A stretch of DNA of 64,000 nucleotides from Parcubacteria group bacterium. Its GTDB lineage: Bacteria > Patescibacteriota > Minisyncoccia > Moranbacterales > UBA9337. The position numbers and the translations under genes were made by a program. Shown piece after piece: positions 38,521-47,920 of this stretch (the first letter of the stretch is position 1; the number at the start of each line of letters is the position of its first letter). The stretch spans positions 11,714 through 75,713 of the forward strand of contig JBAZSW010000001.1 in NCBI GenBank assembly GCA_041662245.1, written 5' to 3'. The notes beneath the pieces are model-generated. The model saw only the letters and a list, made by a program, of their open reading frames with translations. It was not told the origin of the DNA and ran no database searches.

Positions 38521-38592
38521 TAGCCCTAAGGGGAATCGAACCCCTGTTTACAGGATGAAAACCTGCTGTCCTAACCACTAGACGATAGGGCC
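38521..38592 (-). tRNA. tRNA-Glu (anticodon UUC).
   Basis: GGCCCTATCGTCTAGTGGTTAGGAC... anticodon stem GCAGG/CCTGT with loop TTTTCAT, T-loop TTCGATT. Glu-type D-arm. Confidence 0.8.
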
Positions 38593-38870
38593 ATAAAACA
38601 AAAAGAAATAATATTGATTTGAAGAATAATCTCTAAAATACTAAACAAATCAAAATATCATTTCAACGAATATTATAATATCATTTAAATTAATTTTAAT
38701 CAAGTCCTTTCTATTTTTTGGTTTTTAAAGATTGAAAATTGATTAAAAATTCTAAATTTAAAATTAGAGAGACTTTTTCATCTTCTTGCTTTTTAGTTAA
38801 AAATAGTGTATAATGATTCTAGGTAAATAAACGGGTGTAAATTCCCGTTTTTTATATTTTAAGCCTAAAT

Positions 38871-39530
38871 ATGGATAAAATAAGCCAAAAATACAACAAA
38901 ATAAAGGAAAAGGTTGCCAAATCCAGTATTGGTTGTGTTGATTTTTGTGATCAGAAGTTTAAGAATATAGTTGATTTTGAAAAAAATCATCTAAAGAATA
39001 CTTTATTAGTTATTTTGGTAACTTTTCTATCTATTTTTACTTATTTATCAATTAAATCATTAGATAATATTCAATATTCAACAGCGGAAATTAAGACAGC
39101 CAGTTTACCTAAAAGAAATATTGAGTTGGAAAATAGAATCAAAAAAGCAACGGCTGGTTTTCCTATTGAAAACATGACACGTCTTATCGCCAAAGAGGAC
39201 GAACAGACAGCCGCTTTTATTGTGGCGATTGCCAAAAAGGAAAGTAACTGGGGAAAGAGAACTCCCAAACTTAACGGTGAAGAATGCAATAATCTTTGGG
39301 GATTTCGTCAAAAAAGAGAGAGAATGGGAAGCGGGGGGCATACTTGTTTTAATAATCAGGAGGAGGCAGTGGAATCTGTGGCAGCTAGAATAAATGAATT
39401 AATTGATGCAGGTATCGATACTCCAGAAAAAATGGTAGTTTGGAAGTGTGGCTATAGTTGTGACGGGCAAAATGAAGAGAGTGTAAATAAATGGATTGCT
39501 GATGTTAAATATTATTATAATAAATTTTAA
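38871..39530 (+). CDS. Membrane-anchored glucosaminidase-domain (FlgJ-like muramidase) protein.
   Basis: IAKKESNWGKRTPKLNGEECNNLWGFRQK...FNNQEEAVESVAARINELI matches the Glucosaminidase-domain pattern ESGWGKS...NNLFGIK...F.S..ES..DY..LL. Confidence 0.55.
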   Translation: MDKISQKYNKIKEKVAKSSIGCVDFCDQKFKNIVDFEKNHLKNTLLVILVTFLSIFTYLSIKSLDNIQYSTAEIKTASLPKRNIELENRIKKATAGFPIENMTRLIAKEDEQTAAFIVAIAKKESNWGKRTPKLNGEECNNLWGFRQKRERMGSGGHTCFNNQEEAVESVAARINELIDAGIDTPEKMVVWKCGYSCDGQNEESVNKWIADVKYYYNKF

Positions 39531-39543
39531 TTCTAACAAAAAA

Positions 39544-40536
39544 ATGAAAAATAAAATAGAATATTTTCAAATAATAAAAGATGCAATGAACTTGACCAAA
39601 GAAAATAAATTTCTTTGGTGGTTTGGTCTTTTGTCTATGTTTGGGGGGATGAGCGGATCTTTTAGCTATAATTTTCCCAATAACTCGTCTAAAGATAAAA
39701 ATTTTGATGAAATGGCTTATATGAATATAGTAAGAAAAGCCTCTTTCTATTGGGAGCATTATCAGGAGTGGATAATACTCGGGATAATTTTACTGGCAAT
39801 TATCTTTATTGGCTTATATTTTCTAGGAATAATCGGAAGAGGAGCCTTGATTGATTCAACTTTTAAGATTAATAAAAAAGAAAATGTAAATTTTTCTTCG
39901 GGCTTTAAGAGGGGGATATATTTTTTTAAAAGGTTATTTTTAGTAGATATGTTATTTTTTATTGCCCTGATAGTCTCAATGTTCATATTGATCTTCCCGA
40001 TAGTAAGACTTTTTATATTAAAATCTTACAGTATTGCTTTTTCTATGGGATTAGTTGCTTTTATGCTATTAATCTCAATTTTTATTTTATTCTTTTATTT
40101 AAAAAAATATACGCAGATGTATATAATCAGCAGTGATTTGAATATTGCAAATTCTATAAAATTGTCTTATCGACTTTTTGAAAAAAATATTAAAGAAAGT
40201 TTTATTATGAGTTTGGTTGTGGTGGCAGTTAATATGGTTATCAGTATGGGATTATTTTTTGCGTTGCTAGTGGCTATTATCCCCATTGGAGTTTTAGGGG
40301 CAATCATCTATGGATTAGTCGGGAAATTATTGTTGATTATCTTTGCCTGCTTGTTTTTTTTGATATTAATAGGCGGATTGATTTTTGTTAGTTCAATTTT
40401 AAATGTGTTTTTCCAATCAATCTGGGTATTGTTTTTTGTTGAAATTGCCAAACAAAAAGAGATTGATGGCAGTTTGCTAGCTGAAAATAATCCAATTGAA
40501 TTGATAAATAAAAAAGAAATTGAATCGAGCGTATAG
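39544..40536 (+). CDS. Hypothetical polytopic membrane protein.
   Basis: Start moved to MKNKIEY to avoid overlap with the upstream gene. At least six TM helices. Confidence 0.45.
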   Translation: MKNKIEYFQIIKDAMNLTKENKFLWWFGLLSMFGGMSGSFSYNFPNNSSKDKNFDEMAYMNIVRKASFYWEHYQEWIILGIILLAIIFIGLYFLGIIGRGALIDSTFKINKKENVNFSSGFKRGIYFFKRLFLVDMLFFIALIVSMFILIFPIVRLFILKSYSIAFSMGLVAFMLLISIFILFFYLKKYTQMYIISSDLNIANSIKLSYRLFEKNIKESFIMSLVVVAVNMVISMGLFFALLVAIIPIGVLGAIIYGLVGKLLLIIFACLFFLILIGGLIFVSSILNVFFQSIWVLFFVEIAKQKEIDGSLLAENNPIELINKKEIESSV

Positions 40537-40617
40537 AATAATGTAAATTAAAATAAATTTTAAAAAATCGTCTAAATATAAAAGACGATTTTTTTATAGA
40601 AAAAAATATGGATAAAA

Positions 40618-41607
40618 TTAATCACAGGTGGAGTTGGATGAGGTTCCGAGAGTTCCTAATCCTGAATTGCCGTTTTTAGTGTTCCCGCTAGAACTGTAAT
40701 TATTTAATTGGTCTTTTAGGCTACTTGAAGACGAATCACATGTATTACTGCTGCTACTTCCACTATTCTTTCTAGCATTACCAATCCCTTGTTTTATGAC
40801 ATTGGAGGCGATTTTTCCGACCACTATTCCTGCTATTTCACCGATATTTCTGGCATTAGCAATGGCGTCATTATCCACGGTATTAGCAGCTACTGTTAAT
40901 CCCTCGATAGTTGATCCGGGAGTAATAACTGTTCCATCATCAGATTTTTTAGCCTTAAATCCACTATAAGCTTGAGCTTGATCGGAAGCTATTTTTTCTT
41001 CTTCGGCTAATTTGTCCATATAAATAGCCTCAGCTTGCAACTCATAGGCAATGGGATTGTTATTGAGTTGCCAAAAAGCATCATAGGCTGCCCAATTGCC
41101 ATCATCAAACATGCTAGCAGCGTCAGAGGCGTATTCTTCATAATCAGATTGCAATTCAGTGTAGTCGGGAGATTCAGTTAAATATTTAGCTCCCTCAGAT
41201 CGCCATTCAGAATAAGAAGAACTACTGCCAGAACTGCTAGTATAAGAACCGCTAGATTGACCTCGATTGGTGAGAGTAAAAAAATCATTCATGTAGAGAT
41301 TTGTATTTTGAGTGGGAGTTTGAAAAAGATAATCTGCCCAATCTTGAACGTAAAGAGCCTCTTCTTGGGCATTTCCTCCCACGAGTCCGTTAATGGTTTC
41401 ACTAATAGTATTAATAGCTTCTTTTTTGAGGGCGCCAATAATAGCTGCTCTAATTTGAATCCACATTTCATTTAGCATTGTTCGCATGAAAGCGTTACCA
41501 ATGTCTGGCCAAGCCACATAAGCTTGAGCCTTATAGCTAGGAACAAAAGAAATAATAGAAACTAAGAGAAGTGTGTGAAATATTATTTTTTTTAATTTGT
41601 TACTCAT
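40618..41607 (-). CDS. Hypothetical secreted Ser-rich protein.
   Basis: Signal peptide. Ser/Asn-rich C-terminus ending in CD. Operon partner of the gene at 41604. Confidence 0.45.
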   Translation of the reverse strand: MSNKLKKIIFHTLLLVSIISFVPSYKAQAYVAWPDIGNAFMRTMLNEMWIQIRAAIIGALKKEAINTISETINGLVGGNAQEEALYVQDWADYLFQTPTQNTNLYMNDFFTLTNRGQSSGSYTSSSGSSSSYSEWRSEGAKYLTESPDYTELQSDYEEYASDAASMFDDGNWAAYDAFWQLNNNPIAYELQAEAIYMDKLAEEEKIASDQAQAYSGFKAKKSDDGTVITPGSTIEGLTVAANTVDNDAIANARNIGEIAGIVVGKIASNVIKQGIGNARKNSGSSSSNTCDSSSSSLKDQLNNYSSSGNTKNGNSGLGTLGTSSNSTCD

Positions 41608-42611
41608 AGATTAGTAGTTTGTTCTGCCACGAAATTAGTTAGACCTAATTTTTCTAATTCAGTTTCTGTTTCACTTAAATAATCATTGCCTAAAACCATT
41701 AAATTTTCGACTTCAGAAAAGCTGACAATGGAAGCGATGGGGTCATTATTATCTACTTTTACTTTTTCCTTAAGAGATATGGCATAATTAGCTAGTTGCA
41801 GTCCTTTTTTATGTATTTCTAGCATATCTGCAGGAACTTCCAGTTCATTTAATTTTTCTAGCATAGCGCTTCCTCTGTCGGCTAAATCTGTAAAATAGTT
41901 GAGTCCTGAACCATCATCTGAGGAAATGATAGAAGGTATCTTTTTCATTATTTCATCAGAAAATTCTTGAATAGCTTCTTTAGAGTTTACGGAATGGGGA
42001 AGATTATTAGCCATTATGTAAAAAACAGCAGAAAGATACTCTTGATTGTCCTCCTTCAATAATCTTGCTTGTTTGTCTTTTCCATATCCAGAATAATTCT
42101 GAACCTTCATTATTATAGTAGAATCATCAATTTTTGGTAAATCGCTAAAAGAAATATGGCTAGAAATTTTTTCTTCAATTAAATTGTTAATACTATTTAC
42201 ATCAATTCCCTTGGATGAGTCGCTAGAAGAAACCATAGAAGCGATTTGATCGGATATTTCTTCGGTTAAATTTTTTGTTCCCGACAAAGAAGTTTTTAAA
42301 TTGGAATCAGTCGTCAAAGTCGATGTTGCTCCTGTTGTTAATTTATCTCCTGGGGCTGGTTTTGCTGGATCATAGCCACTTTTGACTTCGGCGCCATCAG
42401 AATATCCATCTCCATCAGTATCAGGTTTTTGAGCATCTGTTTTATAGATGATTTCATCTTTGTTGCTTAAACCATCTTGATCAGAATCAAGAAAAATGCT
42501 TTTATCGGTAGAATTTTCTTGTGCTACTAGAGAATAGGAAAAACTAGAAATTAAAAGCAAGAAAAAAACCAAGAAAGTTATTTTTATTTTTTTTACTTTC
42601 ATTAGATGCAT
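41604..42611 (-). CDS. Hypothetical secreted protein with thrombospondin-type-3-like DxDxDG calcium-binding repeats.
   Basis: DSDQDGLSNKDE...DTDGDGYSDGAEVKSGYDP. Signal peptide present. Confidence 0.45.
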   Translation of the reverse strand: MHLMKVKKIKITFLVFFLLLISSFSYSLVAQENSTDKSIFLDSDQDGLSNKDEIIYKTDAQKPDTDGDGYSDGAEVKSGYDPAKPAPGDKLTTGATSTLTTDSNLKTSLSGTKNLTEEISDQIASMVSSSDSSKGIDVNSINNLIEEKISSHISFSDLPKIDDSTIIMKVQNYSGYGKDKQARLLKEDNQEYLSAVFYIMANNLPHSVNSKEAIQEFSDEIMKKIPSIISSDDGSGLNYFTDLADRGSAMLEKLNELEVPADMLEIHKKGLQLANYAISLKEKVKVDNNDPIASIVSFSEVENLMVLGNDYLSETETELEKLGLTNFVAEQTTNL

Positions 42612-42746
42612 AATTCTATTTTGTTTTTTTATTTAAATTTAAAGCACAATCTCATAAAAAAATTATAGCATAAAAACACTTGATTTGACAACAGCTTTAA
42701 TGGTATTCTTTTTATTGATTGAGAGTTTTTATTAACCAATAATCCA

Positions 42747-44381
42747 ATGGCGATATTTCTAGCTAATTTAGTTAAAAGGATTGAAGATTCAAACACTTCT
42801 TTTTATCTTTGGGTATTTTCCTTTTTGGGAATTATTGCTTTGCGGGTCTTGATGGAAAATTGGTTAGGGGGAATGATCAATAGAACCGGAGATTATTTTT
42901 TTCATCATGTTTCTTATACGTTTGTTTTTTTTCTATTATCTTATCTAATTTTTTTAGTGTTGATAATAAAAAATTTAAAGATTGAGATTAAGAAAGCGTC
43001 CAACGTGTTGCTTTGGGGGTATTTAATTATAATATTCCCACCACTGATTGATTTTATTCTATTGAGAGATCGGGCTTACTTAAGTTTTTATGGAATTTAT
43101 GGATTGGCGGAGATGCCCAAGCGATTTGTTACCTTTTTTGGTGATAGCCCAGATTTCGGTATTACTTATGGAGTTCGATTTGAAATTGCAGTAACCGTGC
43201 TAGCCTTGCTTGTCTATGGGTATTTAAAAACAAAAAGTCCAGTAAAAGCACTTTCGCTAGCTCTTCAATCGTATGTAATTTTATTTATTTTAGGGACATT
43301 TCCATCTTGGGTAACTATCATCAGTCAAGGTTTTTCAAAGGGATTTATGCAGATAGGGGATTTGGAAATAGTGAAATTGTTTTTTACTTCAGCTCGCTTA
43401 TTTTCTCGAGAAACAGGCACTTATTTGAATGCCTTGAGTATTAAGCTATCTCTTATTTATGCAACAATGTTGGCAGGATTAATTATTGGAGGATTATTCT
43501 TGTCTTATAGAGATAAATTTGTAGTTTTTTTAAAAAATTCTCGCCCAGTTCAAATAATTTATCATTTGGGATTGCTCTTGCTCGGGGGTGTTTTGGGAAT
43601 TATTTTTACTAAATTCAATTGGGATTTTAATATTTTTAATTTCTTTGGTTTTTTGAACATAAGTATTGCAGTTATCTTGGCGTGGTTAGCTTCGGTGGTA
43701 TTTAATGATATTTATGATGAAAGAATAGATTTGGTCACTAATCCTAGGCGTCCTTTGGCAGTTAAGGATTTCTCGCAAACTGAATATGTTACAATCGGAG
43801 TTGTTCTTTTTGTTTTTTCTATTTTTTATGCCACCTTGGTAAACCCCAAGGTAGCTTTTTTATTGATTGCTTATCAATTGCTAGCTTGGGTTTACTCTGC
43901 TTGGCCTTTTCGATTAAAACGTTTTCCCTTAGTAGCAACACTAATTAGTGCATTGGCGTCTTTGCTAATAATATTTTCAGGATTTATTTTAGTTAGTCCT
44001 GCAGAAGATATCTTGGAATTTCCTAAAAGAATTTTTTGGTTAGTGTTGATTGCTTTAATTTTTTCTCTGCCCATTAAGGATTTAAAGGATATTAAGGGAG
44101 ATAAATTGGATAAAGTAAATACTATCCCTGTAATTTTTGGTGAATATTGGGGAAAAATTATTATTGGAAGTGGAATTTTTATGTCTTATTTTTTGAGTGT
44201 TGTCTTTCTAAACGAATATGCTCTGACATTTTGGGCTATTGTCGTCGGAGGGGCGTCTTTTGGAGTAGTAGTTTTTTCTGGAAGAAATAAAAGAATAAAT
44301 AACTATAATTTAATCTGGTGGATTTTAGGATTGGTAGTTATTTACTTGCTTATTATGATTAAGATTATTTTTTTAAGATAG
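42747..44381 (+). CDS. Fusion of an uncharacterised roughly 300-aa polytopic membrane domain to a UbiA-family prenyltransferase domain.
   Basis: First Asp-rich motif NDIYDERID. Second motif KDLKDIKGDKLDKVNTIPVIFG. Hydrophobic throughout. Confidence 0.6.
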   Translation: MAIFLANLVKRIEDSNTSFYLWVFSFLGIIALRVLMENWLGGMINRTGDYFFHHVSYTFVFFLLSYLIFLVLIIKNLKIEIKKASNVLLWGYLIIIFPPLIDFILLRDRAYLSFYGIYGLAEMPKRFVTFFGDSPDFGITYGVRFEIAVTVLALLVYGYLKTKSPVKALSLALQSYVILFILGTFPSWVTIISQGFSKGFMQIGDLEIVKLFFTSARLFSRETGTYLNALSIKLSLIYATMLAGLIIGGLFLSYRDKFVVFLKNSRPVQIIYHLGLLLLGGVLGIIFTKFNWDFNIFNFFGFLNISIAVILAWLASVVFNDIYDERIDLVTNPRRPLAVKDFSQTEYVTIGVVLFVFSIFYATLVNPKVAFLLIAYQLLAWVYSAWPFRLKRFPLVATLISALASLLIIFSGFILVSPAEDILEFPKRIFWLVLIALIFSLPIKDLKDIKGDKLDKVNTIPVIFGEYWGKIIIGSGIFMSYFLSVVFLNEYALTFWAIVVGGASFGVVVFSGRNKRINNYNLIWWILGLVVIYLLIMIKIIFLR

Positions 44382-45161
44382 AGTTTCTTTAAATAAAATG
44401 GAAAGTTCTTGCCACTTAGATATGGAAAGTTCCTGAGCCCTGATGCCAATGGGCAAATTAGCAGAAATGAGAATTTTTTCCACTTCTTTTTTATCAATAT
44501 GGAAACTATTAGCAAGATTATTGAGTAATGTCTTTCTGCGAGCGCAAAATCCCGCCTTTACTATTTTGAAAAATTGTTTATCTTCTGGGGGATTATTTTT
44601 TTTGATGTTAAATATTCTGATTACACTACTATCTACTTTGGGTGGGGGATTGAAATTATCTTTAGTAACATCAAAAAGAATTTCTGCTTGGGCATAATAT
44701 TGAACGGAATTTGATAGTTTGCTCATTTTTCCTAAAGGAGCAGTAATTCTTTGAGCGACCTCCTTTTGAATCATTAAAATTATCTCATCGGGCTGAATGC
44801 TGGTTTCTAAAAATAAGCGAATGATTTTAGAGGTTATATAGTAAGGAATGTTGGCAATCAGTTTGTAGTTTTTAATATGGTGATCTTTTATGAGTTGTGG
44901 CAAATTTATTTTTAGAATATCTTCAAATATTATTTTTAAATTTTCTTGGTTGGCGAACTTTTCTTTTAAAGGATTTTTTAATTTATCGTCTAGCTCAATA
45001 GCGATGACCTGGGAGGCATTTTCACATAATTTTTCAGTTAAGGCTCCTTCTCCTGGGCCAATTTCCAAAACGACGTCAGTATTTTTTAGATGGGCTGAGA
45101 TTATTATATCGTCAACAATAGCAGGATTGTTTAAGAAATGTTGTCCTAAATAACGAGGCAT
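44373..45161 (-). CDS. rsmA: 16S rRNA (adenine1518/1519-N6)-dimethyltransferase.
   Basis: MPRYLGQHFLNNPAIVDDII...VLEIGPGEGALT. Confidence 0.88.
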   Translation of the reverse strand: MPRYLGQHFLNNPAIVDDIIISAHLKNTDVVLEIGPGEGALTEKLCENASQVIAIELDDKLKNPLKEKFANQENLKIIFEDILKINLPQLIKDHHIKNYKLIANIPYYITSKIIRLFLETSIQPDEIILMIQKEVAQRITAPLGKMSKLSNSVQYYAQAEILFDVTKDNFNPPPKVDSSVIRIFNIKKNNPPEDKQFFKIVKAGFCARRKTLLNNLANSFHIDKKEVEKILISANLPIGIRAQELSISKWQELSILFKETLS

Positions 45162-45313
45162 ATTTTCTTTAAATAAGAATTAGTTTATATTGGAAGGTTA
45201 CAGAATAGAAAAGAGGTTGTCAAATTATAAACTGGCATTAAATTTAGAGGTTTAGTTTGGCATTTATTGTTTTTGGCAGTATAATGACTTTGTATAGTTA
45301 AGTTTTAAATTAT

Positions 45314-46138
45314 TTGATTAAATTGATGAATAGAGGAAAAAAGAGGATAATTATAATTTGTATCTATTTACTGATTTTTAGTATTTTTGGAGCTTTGATT
45401 TATTATATTTTGGAACCAGATCCTACTTGTAGTGATGGGAAGAAGAACCAATCAGAGGAGGATATTGATTGTGGAGGAGTATGCACCCCTTGTAAGAGAG
45501 AAATTAAAGCTAAAGAGTTAAAGGTAAATGAAAAGTATTTTGTCTATGGAAGTAGAGATCAATTTGATGTAATGGCAGGAATTACTAATCCCAATGATAA
45601 ATATGGGGCAGTTGGGTTTGATTATGAATTTCAATTATTGGATCAATCGGGAGCTGTTTTGGCTAAAAAAGAGGGGACAAATTTTATTTTACCAGGTGAA
45701 AGCAAATTCATAATAGAGTTAAATTTGTATTCTTCAATTAATCCTTATTCTTTAAAATTCGAAATAAAAAATATTAAATGGGATGAATTTTTGGAGTATG
45801 AGGAGCCCAAATTAAACATATACGAAAAAAATTATAGCGAAGATCCTGAGAAGAATATTGTCACAGGTTTATTGAGGAATGAAAGTTATTTTGATTTCAA
45901 TTCAATCGAGATCGCGATAGTTTTGAGAGATGAAGGAGGTAAGCCAGTCGCACTAGGAAAGAATGAGATGCGGACAATTAAATCTCAAGAGGAGAGAGAT
46001 TTCAAATTAATCTGGCCTTATAAATTTGGAAAAAATGTAGAAAGTGTCGATATTAAAGCGGAAGCGAATGTTTTTGATTCAGATAACTTTATTAAAAAAT
46101 ATCTGCCCAATAGAAAGTTTCAAGATTATACTTATTAG
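45314..46138 (+). CDS. Hypothetical membrane-anchored protein with a Cys-rich N-terminal segment.
   Basis: TM, then CSDGKKNQSEEDIDCGGVCTPC, then a beta-rich body. Confidence 0.4.
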   Translation: MIKLMNRGKKRIIIICIYLLIFSIFGALIYYILEPDPTCSDGKKNQSEEDIDCGGVCTPCKREIKAKELKVNEKYFVYGSRDQFDVMAGITNPNDKYGAVGFDYEFQLLDQSGAVLAKKEGTNFILPGESKFIIELNLYSSINPYSLKFEIKNIKWDEFLEYEEPKLNIYEKNYSEDPEKNIVTGLLRNESYFDFNSIEIAIVLRDEGGKPVALGKNEMRTIKSQEERDFKLIWPYKFGKNVESVDIKAEANVFDSDNFIKKYLPNRKFQDYTY

Positions 46139-46190
46139 CGGGACAGTTGCAAGAAAAATAAAAAATACTCTATATGATATAGAGTATTTT

Positions 46191-47342
46191 TTATTTTAAA
46201 TTAGCATAAAGTCGGTAGACAGAATAATTAAATTTACTTATTAAATTTGCTATTTCATCTTTTTTCAGAGGTCTTTCTTTAATGGTTTCTATGGTACTTA
46301 TTTTTTCCAAATAGGATTGAATCATTTTTTCGAAGGAAGAATTTTCAACGTCGATATCTTTATATTTATTCAATTCCATGGTGAGAAGCGCGGATAGATC
46401 TAAGATATCTGTTTTTATTTTTAATTTTCTAATTTCTTTTTGAATGAAATCTAGTCGAGATAAATTATCGAGCACTTTATCGCAGTATTGAATTGATTCT
46501 AGAGGCCAAGCAGATTCATTATTTTCATTTCTTTTAAAGTTGTTGGGACTCCAATTATAAGCAGTTAATATTTTTTTGCGAGCTTGATTTATCTGCCCAA
46601 GCTCAAATGCTTGCTTGCCTATCTCAAAATTGTTAAATAATTCTGCGAAATAAAGTTTACCGAAAGCTTTGCCCAAGTCCTTATTTTGTTTAATCAGAGT
46701 CATGAGTTCGGCAACGTTATTTTCTGAAAGCTCTTTGGCCGAAGGTCCTTCAAATTTTATGGTTTCATTATTTTTTAATATGTTTAAATACCTTATGACT
46801 TCTTTGACAGTGATAGGTTTAACTTGCATTATTCCAATAGCCCCCGCTTGAGATTCGGCATCTTTTTCTAAATTAGATTCTTGAATTTGAACTGCCAAAA
46901 ATAAGTTTTCAGAAAATAATTTTTTGGGCAAAAACTTGTCTTTTTTAAGAAGTTCATGAGCTCTTATTTGAACCTCTTGGGCAAGGAGTTGCATTTGAGG
47001 AGAAGCTTCTTTTTTCTCTGGCATTTTTTCATTTTCTTGTTTTTGATCATTTTCTTTGGGCTTGTCTTCATCATTAAAAAGAGATTTAATATGGTTTAAT
47101 ATCCTTGGAACAATGTTTGTTTTTTCGCTTACTTCTTTGGGAAAAGTTGAATCAAGAGCTAAAATAGCCGCTCCAACAAGGAATTTGCGTCGGCTATGAT
47201 TAATATTTTCTTTATAATTTTTTTCAGAAAGTGGATTCTTGAGATTTCTTCTTGAATTTAAAGGGGCGTTTGGGGAAACGTTAAGGTCGGGATGAAATAT
47301 TTTTATTTCTTCGATATTTTTCATTTGATAGATATTGAACAC
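46191..47342 (-). CDS. Lytic transglycosylase (SLT) domain protein.
   Basis: ESQAGAIGIMQVKPITVKEV SLT motif. SRRKFLVGAAILAL resembles a twin-arginine signal. Confidence 0.6.
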   Translation of the reverse strand: MFNIYQMKNIEEIKIFHPDLNVSPNAPLNSRRNLKNPLSEKNYKENINHSRRKFLVGAAILALDSTFPKEVSEKTNIVPRILNHIKSLFNDEDKPKENDQKQENEKMPEKKEASPQMQLLAQEVQIRAHELLKKDKFLPKKLFSENLFLAVQIQESNLEKDAESQAGAIGIMQVKPITVKEVIRYLNILKNNETIKFEGPSAKELSENNVAELMTLIKQNKDLGKAFGKLYFAELFNNFEIGKQAFELGQINQARKKILTAYNWSPNNFKRNENNESAWPLESIQYCDKVLDNLSRLDFIQKEIRKLKIKTDILDLSALLTMELNKYKDIDVENSSFEKMIQSYLEKISTIETIKERPLKKDEIANLISKFNYSVYRLYANLK

Positions 47343-47507
47343 ATGAAGTATCTGTAATTTAATTTTAACAGATTATCAGAAGAGTTTCAAAGTTTACGAA
47401 AGGTTTATTCAAAAGAAATGCTTCGGAATAATTTTATGTTTTTTAAGCTTGATTTTGGCTGTGTTTAGTGTAAACTGGAGTAGCTATTTAATTTATAATT
47501 TTTTTGT

Positions 47508-47801
47508 ATGGATATCAATTTTCTTATTTTAGTGGTTGTTTATTTAGCCATTAATGTAGCGTCTTTTTTAATCATGATGGTTGATAAAATCAAGTCGAGA
47601 AAAAACAATGTGGATAGAATTTCGGAAGGAGCCTTGTTTTTTATGGCCACTGCTTTTGGCAGTATTGGGGTTTATTTGGGAATGTTTATGTTTCATCATA
47701 AAACTAGAAAATGGAATTTTATTATCGGAATTCCTCTTTTGATGTTACAAAATATCGTATTTCTTTCAGTGGTGTATAATTTGTTGAATTCTTTGCGGTA
47801 A
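47508..47801 (+). CDS. DUF1294 membrane protein.
   Basis: MVDKIKSRKN...RISEGALFFMATAFGSIGVYLGMFMFHHKTRKWNF. Confidence 0.6.
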   Translation: MDINFLILVVVYLAINVASFLIMMVDKIKSRKNNVDRISEGALFFMATAFGSIGVYLGMFMFHHKTRKWNFIIGIPLLMLQNIVFLSVVYNLLNSLR

Positions 47802-47920
47802 ATATAGTCAATTTGAGTTTTTGAAATAAATAGGATAATATTAGGTTGAAGCTAAACAAAAGGAATTTTGTCAGTTTTTTAATTTCAAATAAAAAATTAG
47901 TTAAAATTACAAAAAAGTTT

